A stretch of DNA of 64,000 nt from Candidatus Micrarchaeota archaeon (GCA_038046765.1 JBBSVN010000004.1:96001-160000), one strand, 5' to 3'. Positions 19,261 through 30,254 are shown, counted from the stretch's first letter. Made by a program: numbers and translations. Notes: generated by a model not told the origin, from the letters alone.

Positions 19261-20135
19261 AGTAGATATTTGGGCCTCGAAGTTTCAATGATTCCAAGGA
19301 ACAAAAATTGTACGATTGCTATTAAAACGAATATTGCAACTAAGATTGATGAGGTTAAACCAAGCTTACTCCCACTTATAACTGAAAATAAAACAGTCGC
19401 CAGAACAACCCCAATACTTGGTAAAATAATTCCAAAAATCATGAAGAACATTACTGCAGGAGTAAGTTTTTGCCCATATTCTTTTAACTGTATTAGCTGT
19501 TCTTTTGCAATTTGATCTAAAACGGAATCAACCGAACTAGCTACATCAGAACCACTTGCAACAGAATTTGCAATTTGTACAGATATACGAACAAAATATT
19601 TTGATGGATTGTTTTGTACGACTTCCCTTATTGCCTGAGTAGTTGGAACTCCTAGCATTACTTTTTCTACAATTTTCTCAAACTCTCTACTCACTTCCCC
19701 ATAACCAGTTCTAAGACCGACAATTGAATCAAATAAAGGCATACCAGATTTAAGTGCGATAACAAAATGTCTGCCCGCAAACAAGATTTCATAGTCAATT
19801 TCCCTTTGCCGTTTTAGCACCATTGCTTCAGGCTCTAGCATAAAGTAAAATAAAAATAATAGGACATAAAGGACAAACAGGGGCAAAATTAGAAGTAAGG
19901 ACAAATTATTAATAATAATAAATACCAAAGTCACAAAAGTCATAACAAAGGTAAGCATAATTGTTGCAAATGCTGCATTTTCCAAAAACTGAGTTGGAAC
20001 ATATTTCGAATTGGCAAGCAAAAGCTTCTTTTTAAGGTCTGGAAAATAGGGCAATAGTAACTCTGCGAGGGGTGTAAAAAATGACTTTCTTGACCTTTGC
20101 GTTCCAACACTATTTTGTCCATCCATGTTTATCAT
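19257..20135 (-). CDS. T2SS-F / TadC-like pilus membrane platform protein
   Basis: LKSGMPLFDS and YGEVSREF motifs; multiple TMs. Confidence 0.85.
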   Translation of the reverse strand: MINMDGQNSVGTQRSRKSFFTPLAELLLPYFPDLKKKLLLANSKYVPTQFLENAAFATIMLTFVMTFVTLVFIIINNLSLLLILPLFVLYVLLFLFYFMLEPEAMVLKRQREIDYEILFAGRHFVIALKSGMPLFDSIVGLRTGYGEVSREFEKIVEKVMLGVPTTQAIREVVQNNPSKYFVRISVQIANSVASGSDVASSVDSVLDQIAKEQLIQLKEYGQKLTPAVMFFMIFGIILPSIGVVLATVLFSVISGSKLGLTSSILVAIFVLIAIVQFLFLGIIETSRPKYLL

Positions 20136-21724
20136 TCACCTTCAAAGGAAGAAATATCCCCGAAATATTTTTTAATCTCATCAGCATTTAATCCTTTTTC
20201 TTTTGCCATAAGTATTTTAGAGTATTGTATTGCTTCGCTTTTTGTTAAGTGACCCCGTTCATATTTTTTGTAAAATGTCGGATTGTTAGAGTGTAAATAG
20301 TAAAGCATAGTTCCTTCATCAGTAGAATTTATTTCAGAAGTTATGGAGGATAATTCAGTTACAGCTGTTTCTTTGGAAGATATTTCACTAGATGTTGATT
20401 CAATAATAGACTCTATATATTTAGTAACTAATTGATCAGTAGAAGATAAATTCTTTAAGTATTCTAAAAATGCCTGCTTTCTAGCATCAGCTTTTTCCAA
20501 AGTAGCCTTATCAACAGATTTATTGGAGGCCAAAAAGGTATCTACTTCAGTTTTATGCTTTTCTAGCAAATACTCAGATGTTTTTGTTATTTCATCCTTT
20601 GCCTGTGAATTAAGATTTAGCAGGGCATTGACAAAATTTTCATAAAGCTTGGACTTTTGATCCATGTCATCTATTAATTTTATTTTATCATAAAACTGCA
20701 TTTTTAATGAATCAGCAGATTTTTTGTATTTAACAGTTAAATTATCAGCAGAATTTCTTAGTTCATAGGCCTGAGTATTTACAATTGTATCGAATAAACC
20801 AACGGTGTAATTTTGTTCCGTAGTCTTCTTACTTTTTGTTTTTTGTGTAAGCTGACTTATGTTTGAAAGCATATTTTTAAGAACTACAATTTCAAGCTTA
20901 ATCTGATCTCTTTTTTGCGAACTCTTTTCCTTAAAGAGTTCTTTTGTAAGGTCGAGCATTTTTCTTTTTATTTTAGTTTCATCAATTTGTCCGCCCCATT
21001 CCTGTGTAAAGTAAGATTCAACATCCCCATACTTGGCAGTTGCATGCTCCTGAGCCTTTAAAATATCCGGAACTCCAGATTCAGTTTTTACAGACTTTTC
21101 TATAATGGGAGATAACGGAGTAGGTATTTGAATAGATGGTTCAGATATTTTTACGGGTTTTGGAGTTGGAACGGAAGTAGATAAATTTTCTTGAACATGC
21201 TCGATTTCTAAATCTAAATTAGTTTTTTCTTCTTTTTGTTCGGATTCTTCTTTTTCAAATGAAAGAGATTCATCCTCTGTTTTTACCGTAGGAATTAGGC
21301 TGGGTTTAGGCTCTTCTTTTTGTGTCTCAAACTCCAAATCTACGTGTTCTTTAGATTTTATCTCTGAAACAACAACTGGAATTGCTTGAACAGGTTTTTG
21401 AATTTCTTTGACTTCTTCTACAGTAATGCGCCGAACCTTTTGTTCAATTTCTAAACTTCTTTTTACTACTAATCCTTCAGCTTTTGATGGCGCATAGAAA
21501 TCCGCTGTAGAAGTACGAATGATCTTTTGCACTCTTTCATAGATATTAATAGCATCAGCATAGCCTAGGTCAAGCATATCTTCCGGATAAAAATCGATAG
21601 TACTTTTAAGTTCAATTGGACCTTTAAACTGGGTTTTAGCTAATGCATTCTTTTCAATAGCTCTAGCAGATTCGCAAAGTATTGAAAAATCTCCCCCAGT
21701 TAATTCATCCATATTTACTCCCAT
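20132..21724 (-). CDS. Hypothetical coiled-coil protein within the pilus operon
   Basis: 530-aa ORF between the ATPase and platform genes, with overlapping junction. Confidence 0.7.
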   Translation of the reverse strand: MGVNMDELTGGDFSILCESARAIEKNALAKTQFKGPIELKSTIDFYPEDMLDLGYADAINIYERVQKIIRTSTADFYAPSKAEGLVVKRSLEIEQKVRRITVEEVKEIQKPVQAIPVVVSEIKSKEHVDLEFETQKEEPKPSLIPTVKTEDESLSFEKEESEQKEEKTNLDLEIEHVQENLSTSVPTPKPVKISEPSIQIPTPLSPIIEKSVKTESGVPDILKAQEHATAKYGDVESYFTQEWGGQIDETKIKRKMLDLTKELFKEKSSQKRDQIKLEIVVLKNMLSNISQLTQKTKSKKTTEQNYTVGLFDTIVNTQAYELRNSADNLTVKYKKSADSLKMQFYDKIKLIDDMDQKSKLYENFVNALLNLNSQAKDEITKTSEYLLEKHKTEVDTFLASNKSVDKATLEKADARKQAFLEYLKNLSSTDQLVTKYIESIIESTSSEISSKETAVTELSSITSEINSTDEGTMLYYLHSNNPTFYKKYERGHLTKSEAIQYSKILMAKEKGLNADEIKKYFGDISSFEGE

Positions 21725-21736
21725 GTATTTGCAAGC

Positions 21737-23470
21737 TTAAAATTGCCATTTTTCCTTTTTTCTTACAGACTCAAGCACCGCTTCAGGATCAAGATAGTAA
21801 CTAGATACGACTGCACCAACTTGATCAACATTATCGTAGTCATTTTTGACCATCCAATTAAGCACTTCGGTTTTTTCATTAATGTCATCACGTATTTCTT
21901 TTTCCTGCATACCCGCATAAAGCGATAAAAGATCTTTTAATCGAGACATTTGTCCGACCTGCTTTATTTTGTCGCTCTTAACATCCCATTTATATAAGAC
22001 ATTATAATCTCCTTTCTTTTCTACTTCCGAAAATTCTAGTACTCGCCTGATGTTAAATCTTCTGTGCCTAAAAGTTACAACTACCCCGCCTAGGGCATCA
22101 AGCATAACTTTCGGGATATTGATAGGTGGATTGGTTAATCGGGAGATTGTCTGATCAGTATCATCAGCGTGGAGCGTTGCATAGACACTGTGACCAGTGT
22201 GCATTGCTTCAAACAATACTTCAGCTTCCCTCTGCCTTCTGATTTCTCCAACTAGGATTCGATCAGGTCTTTGTCTTAATGCATTGACCATCAAATCAAG
22301 CATCGTTACTTCACCTTTTCCTTCAGGATTAGCTTCCCGAACTACCATCGGAACCCAGTGCAAAAATTTTGGCAATGTTAACTCTCGCGTATCTTCAATA
22401 CTAACTATACGTTGATTTGCTGGAATAAGTGCAGCCATGGCATTAAGGAAACTTGTCTTACCGCTACCAGTACCACCAGTTACAAGCAAACTTAGTTCGT
22501 TCTGAATACATAACCAGATTAATGCCGCTACTTCTGATGAAACAGTTTTTGATTTTATAAAAGTCGAGATAGTCCAAGGATTCCTCGAGAACTTTCTTAT
22601 TGTGAGCGTGTTTCCGAAATTTGAAATTGGAAATAATGTTGAATTAACACGGTCTCCGGTTGGTAACCTTGCATCTAAAGTCGCATTAAGAATATTAATC
22701 TGTTTACCGACTTTCCTTGCAATTGTACTTGCGTAATCATAGATCATTTGTTCATTCTTAACTTTTAAGTTTGTTTTACACCAGCCAAATTTTTTATGAT
22801 AAACCCATACTGGTTCTTGTGAATTATTTATTACTACTTCTTCCAATTTGTCATCGTGCAATAGACTTTCCAGCTCACCTAAGCCAATCGCATTTTGTAA
22901 AAGAAATACTGCCAGAATATTCTGCTTATCCGAGGGTAAAGAAGGGAAATTTCGCTCTAAAATTCTGTTTGCTGCTTCTAGTAATTTTGCCTTTACTTCT
23001 TCGTATTTCTTAGGATCTAATATTTCGCTAATATCTAGTTTAACTTCAGTTACAAGTTCTCCCCTTAGTTTTGTTTCTAATATTAATTTTGTTCCTTCAG
23101 CAATTCCAGGAATACTAAGTTCATACTTTGGTACAAAATCAGCTCTTTTTACAATTTGTACATTTACAGGTATACCTTCGCTTGCAAAAGAATAGGAATC
23201 TAAAACCCCTTGACCGGAAATAATCATTCTCTTTTCATGAGTTACGATTTCATTTTTAGTTTCATCTTCGTGCTCATTATCATTTTGATCGGCATTTGCA
23301 GTACCAACCGGAGTAGGAACTACTTGAGATAAAGGTTCTTCTGGTTGCTCTGGAATTTCAAGTTCTTCTTGAACAGGTTCTTTCTTAGTTTGTTCTTCCT
23401 TTTTAGATGAGTTTTGCTTTAGTTTTTCCTTTATTATGTCCTTAATTTCCCTTTCCTTATCTTTTGCCAT
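21737..23470 (-). CDS. Type II/IV secretion ATPase (TadA/ArlI-like)
   Basis: GGTGSGKT, IEDTREL, LRQRPDRILVGEIR and TGH..YATLHA motifs. Confidence 0.95.
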   Translation of the reverse strand: MAKDKEREIKDIIKEKLKQNSSKKEEQTKKEPVQEELEIPEQPEEPLSQVVPTPVGTANADQNDNEHEDETKNEIVTHEKRMIISGQGVLDSYSFASEGIPVNVQIVKRADFVPKYELSIPGIAEGTKLILETKLRGELVTEVKLDISEILDPKKYEEVKAKLLEAANRILERNFPSLPSDKQNILAVFLLQNAIGLGELESLLHDDKLEEVVINNSQEPVWVYHKKFGWCKTNLKVKNEQMIYDYASTIARKVGKQINILNATLDARLPTGDRVNSTLFPISNFGNTLTIRKFSRNPWTISTFIKSKTVSSEVAALIWLCIQNELSLLVTGGTGSGKTSFLNAMAALIPANQRIVSIEDTRELTLPKFLHWVPMVVREANPEGKGEVTMLDLMVNALRQRPDRILVGEIRRQREAEVLFEAMHTGHSVYATLHADDTDQTISRLTNPPINIPKVMLDALGGVVVTFRHRRFNIRRVLEFSEVEKKGDYNVLYKWDVKSDKIKQVGQMSRLKDLLSLYAGMQEKEIRDDINEKTEVLNWMVKNDYDNVDQVGAVVSSYYLDPEAVLESVRKKEKWQF

Positions 23471-23540
23471 AGAAACACCTTAAGATAACGTATAAGACTA
23501 TTGTCATTGCCTTTTTAAATATGTTATGTATGGAGCAAAA

Positions 23541-24515
23541 TCAGAAATAACGCAGTACAATCTCTTTTGAAACTGCAAATGAATCGCGTTTTTTGATTAG
23601 ATGGTGAAACTTTTCCTTAAATCGATTAATAAATGACCTAAATTCTTCTGCCGATGGAACTTCTATTTCTATTGAAAATGAGTAACTTCCAATTAAGTGA
23701 CTTGTCCAAAGAACATATTCATTAAAACTTAGAAAAGAGTAGACTATATCCCAGTCCTTTTTTGAAAGAGCATTTAACCTAAACCAAAGTTTATAATAAG
23801 AATAACCGCGCTCTGCAAAACTCGTGAAGACTCGATATCCTTGGATGATTTTTTCGTTTTCTAGTTTTTTTAACATTGAAATTGCTGTTGGAAGTGAAAC
23901 CGAAAGTTCTTTTGCAACATCTGTTATTGGCTTTCGTGCATTTGCTGCAATTAAATGTAGTAGTTTTTCTTCATTTTTAGTTAGTGAAATTTTTTCTTTA
24001 GTTTCACTCATTTGATAAATTGTACGTTCTTGCTTATCTATCCCAAAGTTTCGTTTGAAATAATTTACAGAATATGTATACATTAGCTCTTTTTCCGCAA
24101 TAAAATTACCAAATTTATTTTCAAAATCTTCAAAGAATTTTGTAAGTTCATAAGCACTTCTTATTCTTAGGGTCAGATTGACATCCCAAGATCCGCTTTC
24201 GCATACTGCCGCCCAAGAGACCGATTCACAATTCTTTATATATTCGTAAATTATATTTTCTTGTTCTTTTGGTATTTCATAGAATTTAATTAAAACAGAA
24301 TAAACTAGGTAACCTAATTTATAGATATCAACAGGAGTAATATATTTTCGTATTATGCCTATTTTTTCAAGATTTTTGATGCGATACAGAACTACTTCTT
24401 TACTTAGCCCAACCTTTTTGGCAATTTTCCCATAACTTTGTCTTGAATTATTTTCAAGTTCTACGAGAATCTTTAGGTCTTTGATATCTAACTTATCTGT
24501 TTTTTTTTCTAACAT
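23541..24515 (-). CDS. Tandem Lrp/AsnC transcriptional regulator
   Basis: Two HTH+RAM units (LDIKDLKIL..NSR and NARKPITDVAKEL). Confidence 0.85.
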   Translation of the reverse strand: MLEKKTDKLDIKDLKILVELENNSRQSYGKIAKKVGLSKEVVLYRIKNLEKIGIIRKYITPVDIYKLGYLVYSVLIKFYEIPKEQENIIYEYIKNCESVSWAAVCESGSWDVNLTLRIRSAYELTKFFEDFENKFGNFIAEKELMYTYSVNYFKRNFGIDKQERTIYQMSETKEKISLTKNEEKLLHLIAANARKPITDVAKELSVSLPTAISMLKKLENEKIIQGYRVFTSFAERGYSYYKLWFRLNALSKKDWDIVYSFLSFNEYVLWTSHLIGSYSFSIEIEVPSAEEFRSFINRFKEKFHHLIKKRDSFAVSKEIVLRYF

Positions 24516-24605
24516 ATCATCAAAACTTAAATTTTTTCTAATTATTTTTATATTTGATAAGATTTTTAAAAGAAACTTTTATTTAAAAGAAAATAATAGT
24601 TATAA

Positions 24606-25619
24606 TTGATGTCAATTATAGAAAAGAGAGATACCTCAATCGAAAAAATAGTTGCACGTACTTTGGAGGTTAGAGCGAACTTTCAAAAAGCAGAGTATGT
24701 GCATTTGTTGCAATTAAAAAGAAAAATTCAAAGAACTCTAGAAACTTCAAAATCGCTTCTTGAAGGAATACAAATTCCACCAACTCTTTCAATGCAATTA
24801 ATTTGGCCAAGCGGTGATTATTTAGGTGACCAAAGACAAGTAATAATCAGAAGGGCAAGCACACTCTTGTTTGATACGATTTGTGCGATAGATGTACTAC
24901 AAAAAGAAATCGAAGAAACGGAAAAAGAATCTGGTACAGGTTACTTAGGTGGATGGAAAAATGCCTTAAGATATATTAAATTGGCTGATCACTTGCTTAG
25001 TGAATATAAAGGATTAAGGGACGTAAAAGGTATCGAAAGAGAAACGATTTTATCCGAAGCAAAAATACTTGACCATAAGCCAGCAGTCCTTGATGTCGGA
25101 TGCGGAATCGGATCGGATATCAAATTTTTACGAGCAAGAATTGACGGATATTTTTATGGAATAGATAATAACTTACTTGCAATACACGAATGCAACGCTA
25201 AAATTAATGGAACATTCTTACATATGGATGCTAGAAAAATGTTTTTTGCTGATGATTATTTTGATATATCTTATGTAACGGTAAACACTCTTGGAAATTT
25301 AAATGCAGAAAATAGACTAGCTTGGATAAGGGAGATGTTGAGGGTTTCTAGTGGAGATATACTTGCAACATTTTACATAAATACGCAAGATTACCAAAAA
25401 ATGAGGATAGCTGATCGAATAGATTATTATACACGGGCAACAGAAGGCAGGAGAACAATTTTTGATGGCAAACAATTCCAAATCCCCAGCTTAGGGTGGA
25501 CTGGAAGATTGTTTACAATGCCAGAACTAAAAGAAATGTTCGAAAGATTTGGAATAAAAAATTACGAAATAAAATTTTTAAATGAGATTATGACAATTGT
25601 AAAGATACCAAAAACATGA
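24606..25619 (+). CDS. Class I SAM-dependent methyltransferase with helical N-terminal extension
   Basis: VLDVGCGIG, YGID and MDAR..FD motifs. Confidence 0.85.
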   Translation: MMSIIEKRDTSIEKIVARTLEVRANFQKAEYVHLLQLKRKIQRTLETSKSLLEGIQIPPTLSMQLIWPSGDYLGDQRQVIIRRASTLLFDTICAIDVLQKEIEETEKESGTGYLGGWKNALRYIKLADHLLSEYKGLRDVKGIERETILSEAKILDHKPAVLDVGCGIGSDIKFLRARIDGYFYGIDNNLLAIHECNAKINGTFLHMDARKMFFADDYFDISYVTVNTLGNLNAENRLAWIREMLRVSSGDILATFYINTQDYQKMRIADRIDYYTRATEGRRTIFDGKQFQIPSLGWTGRLFTMPELKEMFERFGIKNYEIKFLNEIMTIVKIPKT

Positions 25620-25621
25620 AA

Positions 25622-26014
25622 CTAAATCATCCCAAGTATTTCCTGCTTAGTTATCTGCATCCGTGGCAACTGGTCAACTTCTAGTTTTCGATAATAGTAA
25701 AAATATTCGTAGAGTTCGCCTTCGTCTTTTGCGAAAATAATTTTATGGTTGTGGATAACTTGCCATTTCATAAAAAGAGGTAACTCTTCAAAACAATGAA
25801 CATCGTAATTTTTTGCAGTCACATCTAGGTTTTGATAGACTTTTTTCATAATTATTTTAGAGCCTGATTTTGGTGCAACAATGCAAATATCAGTATCCCG
25901 ACCTTCGCTTGAAGTTGAAGAACCAAAAAGAAGTATTCCAAGAATAAAATCATTTTGCAAAAATGAAAAATCAGAATTTAATTTTTCGAGTCTTGAGGTT
26001 GTATTTTGAGCCAT
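25622..26014 (-). CDS. Minimal nucleotidyltransferase (MNT antitoxin)
   Basis: LLFGS...DTDICIV motif. Confidence 0.85.
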   Translation of the reverse strand: MAQNTTSRLEKLNSDFSFLQNDFILGILLFGSSTSSEGRDTDICIVAPKSGSKIIMKKVYQNLDVTAKNYDVHCFEELPLFMKWQVIHNHKIIFAKDEGELYEYFYYYRKLEVDQLPRMQITKQEILGMI

Positions 26015-26409
26015 TGGTCCACCATTTCTAAAAAGTCTTCTAAATCAGGCAATAACTCAACCATTGATTCGTAAGCGAGTTCGCTATCCAGGCCTTCGTA
26101 GTTTTGAACGATACGATTTCTTAAACCGCTAGCTACTTTTAAAGATTTAGAGATTGTATCGCTAATAATCTTTTTTTCTAATATGCATTCGATATTTGAA
26201 AAATTATCTTTTGGCAAAGAACTAGTGTCTTTACATATCATAGCAGTTAAATCCATTGAAAATTCAATTATCTGCTCAAACGCCATGTAACACGCAAGCC
26301 GGGATTTTTCATCATCTAAAAAATCGTCTTTCCATTCTTCAAACTCGCCCATACGTTTTTCGATTAACTTGAATTTGTCAGTGTAACGCTTTAATCGCTC
26401 GATTTCCAT
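25978..26409 (-). CDS. HEPN (DUF86) protein with degenerate RX4H
   Basis: IIE..MD and GLRNRIVQNY. Confidence 0.85.
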   Translation of the reverse strand: MEIERLKRYTDKFKLIEKRMGEFEEWKDDFLDDEKSRLACYMAFEQIIEFSMDLTAMICKDTSSLPKDNFSNIECILEKKIISDTISKSLKVASGLRNRIVQNYEGLDSELAYESMVELLPDLEDFLEMVDQWLKIQPQDSKN

Positions 26410-26456
26410 AAATTGCCCCTATTAGTTATTTCTAATACCTAACCCGCCAATAATAG

Positions 26457-26822
26457 TTATATTAGTTTAGCATCTTCAAAGTTTTTGAAATCTGGATCGC
26501 CAGTTAACACGATTACTTTTTTCGACCTTGCAGTGGCTAAAACGATGCAATCAGCCAAACCCATTTGATATTGAACTTTTAATTTTGAAGCGTCGGTTGC
26601 AATTTCTTTGCTAACGTCTACTAAAGTCGCTCTTGTTAACATAAATGCTCGTTTTTCTTCTGCTTGATCAGGACGTTCCCTCAAATATTTAGAGTATACT
26701 TCAACTAAATTTATCGATGAAGTAAAAATTTCCTGGTCAGAGTCAATGATTTCTTTTACAATTTTGCCTTTTTCTGAGCCAAAAAAATATTCAAACCATG
26801 CGAAAGAATCAAAAAGATACAT
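26457..26822 (-). CDS. VapC PIN toxin
   Basis: FDSFAWFEYF, LADCIVLATA and TGDPDF motifs. Confidence 0.9.
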   Translation of the reverse strand: MYLFDSFAWFEYFFGSEKGKIVKEIIDSDQEIFTSSINLVEVYSKYLRERPDQAEEKRAFMLTRATLVDVSKEIATDASKLKVQYQMGLADCIVLATARSKKVIVLTGDPDFKNFEDAKLI

Positions 26823-26831
26823 TTAAACACC

Positions 26832-27032
26832 CTAGAACCGGTCTTTTTCTTCTCGAACATCGTCTAAATTAAACCTTTTTGTCGAACCAAATAAATTTTT
26901 TTTCTTTGAGAAATGTTTGGCTAATATGACATTAACAAGTTCAGATAATTTTCTCATTGAACCGTACTCTTCTTTAGCTTCCCGCACGAGCAAACTATAA
27001 AGTTCATCTTTTATAAGAACAGTTGTCTTCAT
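26832..27032 (-). CDS. VapB-like antitoxin
   Basis: MKTTVLIKDELY RHH-like start upstream of PIN; ACCATA-N7-TATGGT palindrome at 27039-27057. Confidence 0.75.
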   Translation of the reverse strand: MKTTVLIKDELYSLLVREAKEEYGSMRKLSELVNVILAKHFSKKKNLFGSTKRFNLDDVREEKDRF

Positions 27033-27077
27033 GTTTTCACCATATAATTAGTATGGTATAAGGTTTTATAAACCTTC

Positions 27078-28247
27078 TTATTTTTTCATAAAAACTTCAA
27101 TCCGATCAAGTGCTTCGTCTAGTTTTTCCAAACTGGGTAAATAAACAATCCTAAAGAACATCCGGTCTGGCATTGTGCTAGTAAAGCCGCTACCTGGAAC
27201 GACTACGACTCCTTCCTTAAGTAAAGCGCGAACGAATTCCCAATCATTTTTGAATTTCTTTTTATCAGTAACTTCGACAAATGCGTAAAATGCCCCTTGG
27301 GGTTTAACCATCTTTAACCCTGGGATTTGTTTAATTCGTTTGTCCAAGAGGTCGCAGCGAATCTTTAACTCATGATTAAATGTTTTTACATGATCCTTTG
27401 GTCCACGTATCGCAGTAATTGCTGCTCGCTGCATTTCCCAATTAATACTAAGTCTTTGATTACAAAGTCTTTGAATTGCATCTTTTACGCTTTTCCATTC
27501 GTCGCCTTGCGAGCGAAACGCTAAGTAACCAACTCTTGCTCCAGGGTAAATATAATTTTTAGATAACGAGCTTCCGTTTACGATTGGAACATCTTTACAT
27601 AAATCTCTTAAATTCGCATGTTCACCATCGAATATAAGCATCTCATAAGCATCATCGCTAATTATGGGCAGTTTGAATTCACCAGCAATATTAACTATTT
27701 CCTGTAAAGTTTTCTTAGAATAAACTGCGCCTGTTGGATTATTTGGAGAAATCACCAGAATTGCTTTAGTATATTTATTGATCTTTTTTCGCATGTCATC
27801 GCAATCAGGTTCCCACTTTTCATCGCTTTCGTAAAAGAGTTCACTTCCAAAAGCAACTCTTTGTTTGGTTAAGTACAGTGGATAGGTTGGAGATGGTAAA
27901 ATAATATTTCTTCCTGGGTCAACCATTGCCTGGAATAAAAAATCAATTCCTTCGCTTAGGCCCGAACAAACAAAAACGTCAGATGGAGTTACTTTTTCAA
28001 AATCAGCTACTGCTTGTTTTAATTCCGGATCTCCCTCGCTTGGAGCGTAACCTGAATAATTTTTAGCGAGCGCTTCTTTAGCCGCATCTAATATATGCTT
28101 AGGGGGCCTAAATCCAAATGGGCCAGGATCCCCTATATTTAGGTAAATCATATTTTTTCCGGATTTTTCAAGGGCTTTTGCTTCCTGAACGATATCACGA
28201 ATTGGATAGCTAATTAGTTCGCTTTTTTTACTTGATTCGATTAACAT
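27078..28247 (-). CDS. PLP-dependent class I/II aminotransferase (AlaA-like)
   Basis: LNIGDP, PNNPTG, DDAY and SLSK..PGARVG motifs. Confidence 0.9.
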   Translation of the reverse strand: MLIESSKKSELISYPIRDIVQEAKALEKSGKNMIYLNIGDPGPFGFRPPKHILDAAKEALAKNYSGYAPSEGDPELKQAVADFEKVTPSDVFVCSGLSEGIDFLFQAMVDPGRNIILPSPTYPLYLTKQRVAFGSELFYESDEKWEPDCDDMRKKINKYTKAILVISPNNPTGAVYSKKTLQEIVNIAGEFKLPIISDDAYEMLIFDGEHANLRDLCKDVPIVNGSSLSKNYIYPGARVGYLAFRSQGDEWKSVKDAIQRLCNQRLSINWEMQRAAITAIRGPKDHVKTFNHELKIRCDLLDKRIKQIPGLKMVKPQGAFYAFVEVTDKKKFKNDWEFVRALLKEGVVVVPGSGFTSTMPDRMFFRIVYLPSLEKLDEALDRIEVFMKK

Positions 28248-28344
28248 AAGAGATCACCAATTAAAGAGAAATTAGATATTTAATATAGCTAATAAAACGA
28301 AAATGATAAAAAAGAATACGCGTAAATTTAATTTAGGTGAAAAC

Positions 28345-28827
28345 ATGAAAAATAAATTAATATTAGGATTATTAATATTAGGAATTCTTTTCGTTTTTGG
28401 TTGTACCAAGATAGGTCAAGGTTCAACTTACATGCCTACACAAGGCGGAGGAACAATCGATTTAGCTGCCTGCGTACTTAAATGCAATAGTACAACTGAA
28501 GGAGGCGCAGTTGGTCTAGGAAGAATGGGCTGTAAATTAAATTGTTACTCTAACAAAGCAGTTGAAACAAAGCAACCTGAAACTTGTGATCCATTATTAA
28601 CTGATCCGGATGCAGGAATAAATGCATACACTGTTTGTCTGCAAACTTTAGGCAAGGATATAAGGAGTGCTGAACCTTGTAAACGAGTAGCTAACGAACC
28701 AGTTCAATATAACATATGTGTAAGCAACATCGCACAAAAAATAAATGACCCATCAATGTGCGAATTAATTGTCCCAGCAAATGGATATCTTGGAGAAAAA
28801 GCAGACTGTACAAAAGGTTCTAGATAA
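28345..28827 (+). CDS. Cys-rich lipoprotein
   Basis: Start after GGTGA RBS; hydrophobic signal + FGC lipobox; multiple Cys. Confidence 0.7.
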   Translation: MKNKLILGLLILGILFVFGCTKIGQGSTYMPTQGGGTIDLAACVLKCNSTTEGGAVGLGRMGCKLNCYSNKAVETKQPETCDPLLTDPDAGINAYTVCLQTLGKDIRSAEPCKRVANEPVQYNICVSNIAQKINDPSMCELIVPANGYLGEKADCTKGSR

Positions 28828-28911
28828 GTTTTATAACTTTTTCTTTTTTTTTATTTTAATTTTGTTCGATAGGTATTTAATTGTGCAAGAGCTCATTAAA
28901 TTGGTGAACTT

Positions 28912-29822
28912 ATGGTATTTAGAGAAAAATTTGAAGAGAGAGAGAGAGTACTCCCAAGGCGAATATAACACCAGTTAAAGTAAACGATAATTATGTTCAA
29001 AACGTTGTCGCACTCCTTGCAAATAAAGATGATAAAATTCGGGAAAATGCCAGATCAGAACTAATTGAACTTGCTTCTAAAAATAAAGCTAATTTGGAAA
29101 AGATATGTAACTCGCTAGTTATGGTACTTGGTAAAGTTGGCTCAAGTGACAAGACAACTAAAGAACTTGACTCATTAGATAAAAAAATGAGTCTTATATC
29201 AGACCCAGTTAGTTTACAACTAGAGAAGATTGAGGGTAGAAAAGTGACTTATAACGAAACAATCAATTACCTAGAAAAAAATTCTCCCAAGCTTTTTGAA
29301 GAATGGCTAGGACTATCAACAAAAAGAAGGAAAATATTAGAGGGGAGTACTGAAGAAATAAAAATTTTGGAACATTTTGCAAAAGAGGGTATGATCCCAA
29401 AAGCAACGATTGGAAAGACAGTAGATCTGCTTATGAGTGATGGTCGTGCAACTGAAATGAGCTATGCTGCTTTGGCTATTTTTCAAAAATATAAAATGGA
29501 CATCTCCGAATTTATTCCAAGGATAATAAAAAGTGTTGAGAAGGCAGATAAATATAAAGACCCTGGAGTTTCTGTTTTATGGCTTGCTTTAAAAAATGGA
29601 GATTACTTTTATGACCAGGTAGCAAACCTAATGAAATTGCTAAAAAAACCGAATGCAGGCGAATTTGCAACAACTTTTCTTGCTGAAATAGCCAGTAAAA
29701 ATGAAAAATACTTGAACATGATAAAAAAAGAACTAATAAAAGTTAGAAAAACAGAAGATCTTGAAGACTTACAGGAAAAACGTATCGAATGGTTGGAAAG
29801 AAAGGTAGGTTTAAAGGAATAA
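28912..29822 (+). pseudogene. Helical (HEAT-like) protein frameshifted at an (AG)7 tract
   Basis: GGTGA RBS + ATG 28912; deleting one AG of 28935-28948 gives a 302-aa ORF. Confidence 0.65.
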
Positions 29823-29870
29823 GACATACCATTTTATAATCTGTATTTTTTTTATTTTCTTTTTCTGAAT

Positions 29871-30254
29871 TTATTGTTTTTTAGCAATGCTAATAGTAAC
29901 TTTTTGAGGAGTACCGTTTACGATCAAAACTTTTTCTGTTGAAATCAATGTAACAGAGTCATCTTGACGACAATTAGTCACATCAATGCCACGAATAAAG
30001 TAACAATTTCCAGTTAAAGCACCAATAGTTTTTAGGTCAACTTCAGCTTTATTTTTTGCGGCGTTCCCAGAAATGAGATTTAGATAATTAAAATCCCCTT
30101 TCAAATAAAGCACACGATAAACATCGTTAACTTGATAATATTTGTAAAGCGAAGTATTCAGTTGCAAATTTGGCACATAAAGTATAAACTGTACAATTGA
30201 AAGAAAAACCAATAAAGATAGAACTGCTTCCAAAGTTTGCATATTAACCCCCAC
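29871..30254 (-). CDS. Pilin-like membrane-anchored protein
   Basis: QTLEAVLSLL hydrophobic N-terminus; lies in a pilin-like cluster. Confidence 0.55.
   Translation of the reverse strand: MGVNMQTLEAVLSLLVFLSIVQFILYVPNLQLNTSLYKYYQVNDVYRVLYLKGDFNYLNLISGNAAKNKAEVDLKTIGALTGNCYFIRGIDVTNCRQDDSVTLISTEKVLIVNGTPQKVTISIAKKQ

Noticed and set aside
17514..23470. Archaellum operon
   Set aside because: No archaellin, ArlH or ArlF/G recognisable; fits a type IV pilus locus
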